Shown one piece after another: positions 44,701 through 52,221 of a stretch of 64,000 nucleotides of DNA (positions are counted from its first letter, which is position 1; each line of letters opens with the position of its first letter). The notes beneath the pieces were generated by a model. It ran no database searches. It had not been told where the DNA came from and saw only the letters and a program-made list of their open reading frames with translations. This DNA comes from Clostridia bacterium. Its GTDB lineage: Bacteria; Bacillota; Clostridia; Oscillospirales; RGIG8002. A program made the position numbers and the translations under genes. The DNA is taken from the NCBI GenBank assembly GCA_017438525.1, contig JAFRVI010000004.1, forward strand, positions 79,281 through 143,280, in the 5' to 3' direction.

Positions 44701-46500
44701 ATCGAGCGAAACTTTGTTTTCCGAATAGATATACAGCGGTTTCGCCCAGTTTTTCTTTCCGCTCGCGTCGCTCCAGTGGAACGTCGCTATCTGCTGACCG
44801 TAAAGGTCGTCGCCGTATTTTACGTAATCTTTGTGCTGAACAGGCATTTCCATAAGGTCGATCTCGGAGCGCGCCATATTCATCGAATCGACCGGCATAA
44901 GCCAGATCGCAGGCCACATTCCCATGCCCTTCGGCATTTTCGCTCGGATCTCGAATCTGCCGTAGGTCATCGCGTATTTGCCGTTCGTCTTCAGGTGCGG
45001 CGCTTTGGACTGGTAGCCGTTATAATCGCCGGCGTAAGTGCGGAGTATGAGGTTGCCGTCCTCGAGAAATGCGGTGTCGTCGGAATCGACGTAGAGCGCG
45101 CTGTTGCCGCCGCCGAAGAAGAACCCGCTGTCCGCCTGCCAGATGGATCTGTCAAGCGTTTCGCCGTCGAATTCGTCGCTCCAGGTGCTGACATAATCTC
45201 CGTCGTGTACTTTGCAGATTATAAACTTCTTATATGCCGATCCGTTCGTTGCTTTCAGCGTAGTGCCGGTATACGTCAGCTTGCCGACGCTTCTGACCTG
45301 TATTGTGAACTCTCCCTTCGCGGCGGAAAGCGCGAATTCCTCGTAAATATCGTTATAGTCGACCTTGTCGAAAGAGACCGATGCGGCGGAAGGTATTCTC
45401 ATCGCGCACGCGCTGGCCTTGTTGATTATTCTGAACGTTCCGTTCCCGGAGGGATCCGGCGAAAGCTGCCAGAGCTGAGTAAGCAGACCTTCTTCAGCCG
45501 GCTCGATACTGAAAGACATACTTTCATCTTTCGTATTTATAGCGCCTTCCCAAAGAAGCGCCGTCTCATCCGGAACCGGACCGAGCGTGAGCGCTTTGGG
45601 AGAATCGGTTCCGTAGGAATCAACGGTATAAATCTTGTAATAAGCGTTGTCCTCTATCGCGCCCCTTGAAGTTATTTTTTCTTCGGAATAGGGCTTGCGG
45701 TTTGAAACGTCGACGATTTCGCGGTAGGCGCAAAGTCCGGCGATACGAAGCACGGAGGCGCCCTCGCACTCGACGCGAATACTGTTCATTAGGCCGTTGG
45801 TTTCGATCTCAGCGCCGTCGTCGAACGGAACGAAGAAGTAATACGGAACGGTGATATATCCTTCACCCTCAACGGGAATATCCGAAACGGCGAGCGAATA
45901 ACCGCCGGATGCTGAAACCTTGCCGACGGTAAGCGCGAGGGTTGAAGGCGCGTCAACGCTCACCCAGAGGCGTAAGCCGTCAGTATCGGAGGCGTCCATG
46001 CCGAAGGGGGAAACGCCGGCAATCCCGCCGGGAATAGAGTTATCGTAAACGAGAACGCCGTCGCCGGATATTTCGACCGACTGCGCCGCGCCTTCCGGCT
46101 TATGCTCCGCGTCGAGACGAAGCGCGCCGACCGAGGAAGACATCTGAGCGATATCGGCGTCTGTCAGCGTGTCAAACGAAAGCTGCCTGACGTCCTCTCT
46201 GCCCTTCATGGGCGCGAGCAGTTCGATTCCGGAGGAAAGCTCGGAGATGAGCGCGGCAAGCTCATCTTCCGCGGCAAACCGATTATACAACGCCGCTTCT
46301 GCGCGAAGATATCTGTCGTAAAGATATTTCTCCGTCTGCTCGCTGTTGTCTTTAAAAAGCAGCGGGCGTACGGACTCCATCACGACGGAAAGCTGCTGAC
46401 GCAGTTGATCCGACGGCGCGTCCGCGGAAATCACCGCGGACGGAAGCAGCGATATCGCAAACGCGAATATCACGATGGCGGTAATGGCTCTTTTAATCAT
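41758..46500 (-). CDS. Giant secreted multidomain protein, paralogue 3 of 4 (same architecture)
   Basis: 1,580 aa, collinear with the other three. GH16 motif EIDLME is at 44848-44865 and the dockerin at 41761-41937. A GGAGG RBS precedes the start. Confidence 0.85.
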   Translation of the reverse strand: MIKRAITAIVIFAFAISLLPSAVISADAPSDQLRQQLSVVMESVRPLLFKDNSEQTEKYLYDRYLRAEAALYNRFAAEDELAALISELSSGIELLAPMKGREDVRQLSFDTLTDADIAQMSSSVGALRLDAEHKPEGAAQSVEISGDGVLVYDNSIPGGIAGVSPFGMDASDTDGLRLWVSVDAPSTLALTVGKVSASGGYSLAVSDIPVEGEGYITVPYYFFVPFDDGAEIETNGLMNSIRVECEGASVLRIAGLCAYREIVDVSNRKPYSEEKITSRGAIEDNAYYKIYTVDSYGTDSPKALTLGPVPDETALLWEGAINTKDESMSFSIEPAEEGLLTQLWQLSPDPSGNGTFRIINKASACAMRIPSAASVSFDKVDYNDIYEEFALSAAKGEFTIQVRSVGKLTYTGTTLKATNGSAYKKFIICKVHDGDYVSTWSDEFDGETLDRSIWQADSGFFFGGGNSALYVDSDDTAFLEDGNLILRTYAGDYNGYQSKAPHLKTNGKYAMTYGRFEIRAKMPKGMGMWPAIWLMPVDSMNMARSEIDLMEMPVQHKDYVKYGDDLYGQQIATFHWSDASGKKNWAKPLYIYSENKVSLDEDYHDYAVEIDTDQVRMYFDGALIVTLNLVNDGIRFAYGDVPRYIILSSGGIQGDDYCVVYPQYEYYDREMVVDYVRVSVREEQFTDSTPDFTTDHSVQKASAVEYMGRNYNSFMYNFPMAISPDGTQAVMADQAGFLCVYDPRTNELLDTVSTEKYNAFLSVAYSPDGSKVAAATMTGSVIIYDTSDFSKSPVKIHNGATMQYSLCFTADGQHIITGGFNGGAQALKNPINSSVTEPHYLRVFNAVSGAKEHELFVESDPLSIDLSPDGTKLAATTTSAGIFIFNTGDWSEYARFTTEHINTINRCRFSPDGTLLATADEAGEVVFWNVADKVAVSRLDTVNESSVRTLSFSPDGRYIVTNSNDTAARVYSVESGRCVSLLGGFDGIINEAAYSPDGKYIVVSSFDHTLKLFAADGTYISTLLQKNDLQSEGHVSSAICFTPDSKYVLCTEISLPCCVNRWELPKNVDKSALKAAIDEYEEQDEKLENAQKVCSLKYATSTMVSMAVADLTGESAAATFRAVSVSADAADYAASANVFRDGWIYVKADVSILADNVFVEILNTAEESSVRIPAGQIKMGGELIDAPYESVLMRTYIEKAGNYRIRLVNADTGEVSSAVTVSVDENATTRDFLYTVNSDDTVTINSCKSGAEYLYIPDYIDGYPVTKIADYAFANYGRTVRHMKLRLPATLKRIGNYSFSECASLEELELPEGLEYIGQYAFQRCLSLACVEIPDSVTTLSSNAFHYVRGARYVKIGGGLTTVPGNTFPSSIGNRCYIFAEGVKTINANVSNLAFLLERVYIPRSATTVNANCLRGPYYTVKVYGYPGTAAETYAATSDKLVFVPLAAPVISGVEDGETYDLYDGAVSATWDDGHVAYLNGEYYDAGKPITQPGEYTLKVVNGYDEFTTEVSFTVVDTTPVPGDADGDGEITVSDALLTLRAAARLYAPSEKVTAAIDLDGDGEITVADALAVLRKAIGL

Positions 46501-46554
46501 ATTGTCCTCCGTTCCGAACGCATAGCGTTCATTTATCTGTCAAACGGTTTCAAC

Positions 46555-49500
46555 TCAATCAAGACCGACGGCGATCCTCAAAACCGCCAGGGCGTCGGCA
46601 ACGGTTATTTCTCCGTCGCCGTCAAGATCAATGGCGGCTATCACTTTCTCCGCGGGAGCGTAAAGCCGCGCCGCGGCGCGGAGCGTAAGCAGCGCGTCGG
46701 AAACGGTAATGACTCCGTCGCCGTCGGCGTCGCCCCTGAGCGGAGTGGTATCGACAACGGTAAAGCTGACTTCGGTCGTGAACTCATCATATCCGTTGAC
46801 GACCTTCAGCGTATATTCGCCGGGCTCGGTAATCGGTCTGCCGGCGTAGTAGGTCTTTCCGTTCAGATACGCAATATGACCGTCATCCCAGGACGCCGCG
46901 ACAGATCCGTCATAAAGGTCGTAGGTCTTCCCTTCCTCAACGCCGGTGATCGCCGGAGCCGCAAGCGGCACGAACTCAAAGCGCGCGTCCGAAGCGGCGA
47001 ATGTTTCCGCGTAGGTCCCGGGATATCCGTAAAGCTTTACGGTACCGAGCATATTCGATATGAAATTTCTGTTCATATTCGTCATACTGCGCGGAACGTA
47101 CACTCTTTTTATAAGTCTGGCGTTGGACGAAATATACCCCTGAACGGTCTGCACTCCCTCATCAAAGATGAAGCAGCGGTTGCTGACCGTCATATAGAAA
47201 GTATTGCCCGAAACGTTTTTAAGACCGCTTCCGATCTTTATATACGACGTGCCGCGGGCGTAATAGAAAGCGTTGTATCCGAGCGTTCGGACGCTCGACG
47301 GAACGTCGATGTGCGCCAGCGACAGGCATCTGCCGAACGCGTATGTTCCTATCGATTCAAGTCCGTTCGGGAGATCGAGCTCCTCAAGCGAGGTGCATTC
47401 GTAGAAGGCGTATGCGCCGATGGTTTTCAAAGTCGACGGGAGACGGAGCTTCATGTGCAGCACGGTCTGGCCGTAGTTCTGGAACGCGTAGTCGCCTATC
47501 GCGGTCACGGGATAACCATCGATATAGTCGGGAATATAAACCGATTCGGTTCCGCACTTGGCGCCGGTTATCGTGACCTCGCCGCCGGATACCGTGTAGA
47601 AGAAATCGCGGGTAGTCGCAACATCGCTCACGCTGACGGACGCGCTCACGGAAACTTCGCCGTCGGAATCAACGAAATATACCGTGTATTCGCCTTCGGT
47701 GATATGCGTTCTCAAAAGAAGTCTGACGTAACCGTCGCCCGCGTCGTCATACGAAATCTTGAATTGATCGACGGGCATTTCGACCGGAAGCTCGCCGTTC
47801 TTTTTGATAACGACAGAGGGCTCGCACGCGCGCGAAACCTCGGCGCTTATATAAAGCCAACCGCCGCGGTATATCGAAGCGGATTCCGCGAAGGATTCGC
47901 CGTCCGCCGAAACGGATACGGTTCTGAAAGAAGCCGGAAGCGCGGTACCGGTCAGCGCGGCGGCCGCTGAAGCGACCGACTTCGCGGAAGCGTGCTTCAT
48001 AGCGTAGACCGCTTTCGCGTTCTCAAGCTCGGGCGACTGCCCGGAGCAGGCATCGATCGCGGCCTTGAGGACGGATTTGTCGACCGCCTGAGGCAGCTCC
48101 CATCTGTTGACGCAGGACGGGAAAGAATAACTCGACGTATAAACGTATTTACCGTCGGGAGTGAAGCATATCTTAGACGCGATGTGACCGTAATTGGATT
48201 GGCCGCCGGGAATCAGAGTGCTTACGTAAGTCCCGTCCGCATAGAAAAGCTTCATCGTCCTGTCAAGCGAAGCCGCGGCGATGAATCTGCCGTCCGGCGA
48301 ATACGCGACCTCGTGGATCTGTCCGGAAAAGCCGCCGAGCAGCGATACGCAGCGTCCGCTTTCAACGCCGTAAACGCGGGCGGCGCTGTCGGTGCAGGTG
48401 GTAACTATGTATTTTCCGTCCGGAGACCAGGCGAATTTCCTGACCGAGCTTTCGTTGACGGTATCGAGTCTGCGCACGGCGTTTTTACCGGCAACGCTCC
48501 AGATAACGACTTCGCCCGCTTCGTCAGAGGTCGCAAGCAGCGAACCGTCCGGAGAAAAGCGGCAGAACTGCACGGTGTTCACGTGTTCGGTCGTGAAGTG
48601 AGCGTATTCGCTCCAGTCGTCGACGTTGAAAACAAACACGCCGGCGCTCGTGGTGGTAACCGCAAGTTTGCTTCCGTCCGGCGAAAGATCGGCGGAGAGC
48701 GGGTCGCTTTCAACGAATATCTCATTTTCAAGCGCGCCGGTAGAAGCGTTGAAAACTCTGATATAATGCGCTTTAGTAACCGAGCTGTTATTGGGGTTCT
48801 GCAACGCCTGCGCACCTCCGTTAAAGCCGCCGGCGATCAGATGTTCGCCGTCTTTTGTGAAGGCGAGACAGTAATGCATAGTAGCGCCGTTGTTGATCCT
48901 GACGGGCGCTTTTAAGAAATCGGAAGTATCGTATATTACCGCGCAGCCGTTCATAGTGCCGGCCGCGAACTTTTTGCCGTCCGGAGAATACGCGGCGCTG
49001 ATAAACGCCCTGTAGTTTATCGTGGTGGGCACCGTCCGAAGGACCTCGCCCGTGCGCGGATCGAAAACGCAGAGTATGCCGGACTGATCCGCCATTATCC
49101 CCTGCGTTCCGTCCTGAGAAATATCCATCGGGAAGCTGGACATAAAGAAGTTGGAATCCCTGCCGAGATACTCGACGCCCTGCGACGTAACGGTGGAATA
49201 CTCGGAAGTGAAATCCGGCGTATCGTCTGTTCCCTGCTCGGAGCGGATATAGGCGCGGACGTAATCGACGCGGAGTTCCTTGTCGCCGTAATATCTGTCG
49301 GGATCAAGGACGGCGCTGCTGATTCCTTCGATGCCGCCGGAGGAAAGAATGATATACCTCGCGACGTCGCCGTACGCGAATTTCTTTCCGTCGTCGTCGA
49401 GATTGAGCGACATACACAGCGCACCGTCGAAATACATACGCACCTGATCGGTATCCAGCTCAACCGTATAAGTGTGATAATCGTTCGCGAGATCCTCGAA

Positions 49501-51243
49501 ATTCTCGGCGTATATATCTACGCGTTTATCAAGGTATTCAGTCCCGGCCGGATTCGTCCAGTGCAGAGTTCCGATCTGCCTGGCGTAGAGCTTGTCGCCC
49601 TGGCTGTCGTATTCGTCGGCGGTGACGGGCATTTCCATAAGGTCTATCTCGGAACGAGCCATATTCATCGAGTCGACCGGCATCATCCAGAGCGCGGGCC
49701 ACATACCGAATCCCTTCGGCATCTTGGCGCGTATCTCTACGCGTCCGTAACTTATAGCGTACTTGCCGCTGGAAAGAATATGCGGAGCGACGGACTCGTA
49801 GCCGTTATGATCTCTGTTGAGCGTTCTCAGGACGAGATCGCCGTCTTCAACGAAGGCGGTCTCTTCTGAATCGATATAAAGCGCGGTGTTTTTTCCGCCG
49901 AAGAAGAATCCTGTGTCGGCGCGCCAGATGTTAGAGTCGAGCTTGTCGCCGTCGAACTCATCGCCCCACGTCTGTACGTACCCGCCGTCGTTGACCTTGC
50001 AGACGACAAACTTCTTAAAGGAGTTGGAAGCCGTGCCTTTGACCGTCGTACCCGCGTAAGTAAGCTTCGCAACGCCGCGCACCTGTATGGTGAATTCGCC
50101 TCTTGAAACGGTGAGACCGAATTCCTGCGTCGTATCGTTATAATCGATCGTGTCATATGTAAGCACCGTCGCGGCGTTACCCATCGTCATGGCGTAGGCG
50201 GTGGCTTTGTTGATTATCCTGTAAGTCGAATTACCCGACGGGTCCGGCGTAAACTGCCAGAGCTGCGCCGGATCGCCCTCCGCCGCGGGTTCAAGCGTGA
50301 AAGCGTAGTTGTTCTGCTGGAGGGTTATTGTTACCGCTTTCGGATCATCGGTGCCGTAGGAATCAACGGAGTAGATTTTATAATAAGCGTTATCGACGAT
50401 TCCGCCTCTGGTCGTGATGCGTTCTTCGGAATATGGCGTTTTTCCGGAAATGTCGACGGTCTCGCGATAAGCGTGGAGATCCGCGATATAAAGCGTATCC
50501 GCGCCCTCACATGCGATGCGGATATAGTTCATCAGCCCGTCGGTCTCGATCCGAGCGCCGTCCGTGTCGGGAACGAACATATAATACGGGATCGTTATAT
50601 ACCCTTCGCAGTCAACAGGAATACCTGAAGCGGTAAGCGAATAGCAGCCGGCCTCGGCGCGCTTGCCTACGGTCAGAGAAACAATTGCGGGCGCGTCGGC
50701 GGATATCCAAATACGAAGTCCGTCCGTATCGAACATATCCATACCGAACGGAGAGGCACCGGAAACGCCGCCTTCAACGGAGTTGTCGTATACGATGCCG
50801 CCGTCGGAAACGATCTTAAGCGACTGCCTCGCGGCTTCCGGTTTATTCACGGCGTCAACGCTGACGACGCCGACGCTGTTTGCCATAAGCGCGATATCAT
50901 CGGCAGTGATATAATCGAACGACATAAGCCGGACGCGCTCACTGCCCTTCATCGGCGCGAGGAAGTCGACTCCGTTACACACGTCTTCCAGAAGCCCGTA
51001 AAGCGTTTCCGCGTCGGCGCTACCTTCAAACAGCGCCGCCTCCGCGCGAAGAATCCGGTCATAAAGATACTTCTCGGTCTGCTCGCTGTTGTCTTTATAA
51101 AGCAGCGAATGCGCGAACTCAATCGCTTCCGAAAGCTGCGCACGGAGCGCGTCGGTATCACCTTCGGCGTGTATCCACGCGGAAGGAAACAGCGAAGCCA
51201 GCATGGCGATTATTATAAGCGCGGTAATCGTCTTTTTAACCAT
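46555..51243 (-). CDS. Giant secreted multidomain protein, paralogue 4 of 4 (same architecture)
   Basis: Collinear with paralogue 3. GH16 motif EIDLME is at 49633-49650 and the dockerin at 46558-46737. ATG 51243 (GGGGTGA RBS) is preferred over the GTG at 51252. Confidence 0.85.
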   Translation of the reverse strand: MVKKTITALIIIAMLASLFPSAWIHAEGDTDALRAQLSEAIEFAHSLLYKDNSEQTEKYLYDRILRAEAALFEGSADAETLYGLLEDVCNGVDFLAPMKGSERVRLMSFDYITADDIALMANSVGVVSVDAVNKPEAARQSLKIVSDGGIVYDNSVEGGVSGASPFGMDMFDTDGLRIWISADAPAIVSLTVGKRAEAGCYSLTASGIPVDCEGYITIPYYMFVPDTDGARIETDGLMNYIRIACEGADTLYIADLHAYRETVDISGKTPYSEERITTRGGIVDNAYYKIYSVDSYGTDDPKAVTITLQQNNYAFTLEPAAEGDPAQLWQFTPDPSGNSTYRIINKATAYAMTMGNAATVLTYDTIDYNDTTQEFGLTVSRGEFTIQVRGVAKLTYAGTTVKGTASNSFKKFVVCKVNDGGYVQTWGDEFDGDKLDSNIWRADTGFFFGGKNTALYIDSEETAFVEDGDLVLRTLNRDHNGYESVAPHILSSGKYAISYGRVEIRAKMPKGFGMWPALWMMPVDSMNMARSEIDLMEMPVTADEYDSQGDKLYARQIGTLHWTNPAGTEYLDKRVDIYAENFEDLANDYHTYTVELDTDQVRMYFDGALCMSLNLDDDGKKFAYGDVARYIILSSGGIEGISSAVLDPDRYYGDKELRVDYVRAYIRSEQGTDDTPDFTSEYSTVTSQGVEYLGRDSNFFMSSFPMDISQDGTQGIMADQSGILCVFDPRTGEVLRTVPTTINYRAFISAAYSPDGKKFAAGTMNGCAVIYDTSDFLKAPVRINNGATMHYCLAFTKDGEHLIAGGFNGGAQALQNPNNSSVTKAHYIRVFNASTGALENEIFVESDPLSADLSPDGSKLAVTTTSAGVFVFNVDDWSEYAHFTTEHVNTVQFCRFSPDGSLLATSDEAGEVVIWSVAGKNAVRRLDTVNESSVRKFAWSPDGKYIVTTCTDSAARVYGVESGRCVSLLGGFSGQIHEVAYSPDGRFIAAASLDRTMKLFYADGTYVSTLIPGGQSNYGHIASKICFTPDGKYVYTSSYSFPSCVNRWELPQAVDKSVLKAAIDACSGQSPELENAKAVYAMKHASAKSVASAAAALTGTALPASFRTVSVSADGESFAESASIYRGGWLYISAEVSRACEPSVVIKKNGELPVEMPVDQFKISYDDAGDGYVRLLLRTHITEGEYTVYFVDSDGEVSVSASVSVSDVATTRDFFYTVSGGEVTITGAKCGTESVYIPDYIDGYPVTAIGDYAFQNYGQTVLHMKLRLPSTLKTIGAYAFYECTSLEELDLPNGLESIGTYAFGRCLSLAHIDVPSSVRTLGYNAFYYARGTSYIKIGSGLKNVSGNTFYMTVSNRCFIFDEGVQTVQGYISSNARLIKRVYVPRSMTNMNRNFISNMLGTVKLYGYPGTYAETFAASDARFEFVPLAAPAITGVEEGKTYDLYDGSVAASWDDGHIAYLNGKTYYAGRPITEPGEYTLKVVNGYDEFTTEVSFTVVDTTPLRGDADGDGVITVSDALLTLRAAARLYAPAEKVIAAIDLDGDGEITVADALAVLRIAVGLD

Positions 51244-51299
51244 ATCAGTCACCCCGTTAAATCAGTCTTTCAATCCGTTCGGTTAAAGCGGAAAAAGAA

Positions 51300-52043
51300 T
51301 CACTCGCATCTGCCGTAAATATCGCACGCTTTATGTATGCAGTCGCGGAGGATGGCGAATTCCTCATCTGAAATATTATCCGGCTTGAAGGTCGAATCGT
51401 AAATCGAACCGCCGGTCACGACCTCAAAGAAGACGCCTCCAGCGAGATACTGCCCTTTAGCGTTTGCGTGGAAGCCGTCCTCGCAGAGAGTATCGCCGAT
51501 AGCGCTCGCTCTGGCAAGCTGAAACGCTTCGCCCGACGGAACTATATGCTTCGCGCCGATCGCTTCGGCCGCGCGGAAGTACGCTTCTTTTACACACTTG
51601 AACATATACTCCTGATCGCAGTTGAAATCAGGGAAATGCTCGTGTGTTGAATCGTGCTGATACGCCCAGGTCTGATGTATCATTATCTCCGCGTTCGGGA
51701 CGCGTTTGTGAACGTAGTTGTAAACGTAATCGAGATACGGCTGGTAGGTATCGAAGTTACCGGCAAGTCCGCTGACCTGCTGAAGAGAAATATGAGTCCA
51801 GTCGTCGCTCTCAAGAGCGGTATTTATATCACAGGAACCGTTGCTTCTTCTGCGAGTATGCTCATAACCGTATACCTCCGCGCCGGTCTCGAAAAAGTTC
51901 TTATGCATCTGCAGACTGCATCCGCCGTAGCACAGATCGCCGACCTTGAGCTTCATCGGGCTGCCGTCCGCGATGCTCTGCAGATATGTGTAAGCGTTCC
52001 ATGAAAAGCTGTTTCCGATCATCAGGAGTTTTCTTTCTTCCAT
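51300..52043 (-). CDS. Cytoplasmic SGNH/GDSL-like hydrolase-fold protein (DUF4886-like)
   Basis: No signal peptide. The block I-like motif is LLMIGNSFS at the N-terminus and the block V-like motif is DGFHAN near the C-terminus. Size is 247 aa. Confidence 0.6.
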   Translation of the reverse strand: MEERKLLMIGNSFSWNAYTYLQSIADGSPMKLKVGDLCYGGCSLQMHKNFFETGAEVYGYEHTRRRSNGSCDINTALESDDWTHISLQQVSGLAGNFDTYQPYLDYVYNYVHKRVPNAEIMIHQTWAYQHDSTHEHFPDFNCDQEYMFKCVKEAYFRAAEAIGAKHIVPSGEAFQLARASAIGDTLCEDGFHANAKGQYLAGGVFFEVVTGGSIYDSTFKPDNISDEEFAILRDCIHKACDIYGRCE

Positions 52044-52097
52044 AGGTTTTGACCTCGATTCCGAAAATTGCGTATAATATACCCTTATACATTGTTG

Positions 52098-52126
52098 ATT
52101 ATATCACAAGGCACGAGCATAATCAA
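52098..52126 (-). promoter_or_regulatory. SigmaA-type promoter at the head of the 31-kb minus-strand block
   Basis: The minus strand reads TTGATT (52126-52121), a 17-nt spacer, then TGaTATAAT (-10 at 52103-52098). It is about 55 nt upstream of ATG 52043, in a 178-bp AT-rich gap. Confidence 0.45.
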
Positions 52127-52221
52127 GTATATATTCGTATATTTTTTAATATACAAGCGCAAAAATTTCGGCGGCGAGCTCGCAAAAACCGCGCGTTCGC
52201 CGTCGATACGATCATTTATTG

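Noticed and set aside
18125-52126. The idea that the 31-kb accessory block is a genomic island integrated at tRNA-Pro.
   Set aside because: There is no integrase, recombinase, transposase or phage gene. I could not see a direct repeat of the tRNA 3' end bounding the block. galM and a CDF transporter lie between the tRNA and the block. Base composition and codon avoidance look the same as in the flanking housekeeping genes, and lgt and folD sit inside the block.
52127-52221. A terminator for the glucan-synthase-like gene, suggested by the GCGAGCTCGC palindrome and neighbouring GC-rich segments.
   Set aside because: The palindrome can form only a 3-bp stem once a loop is allowed. I found no stable stem followed by a U-tract on the minus strand.
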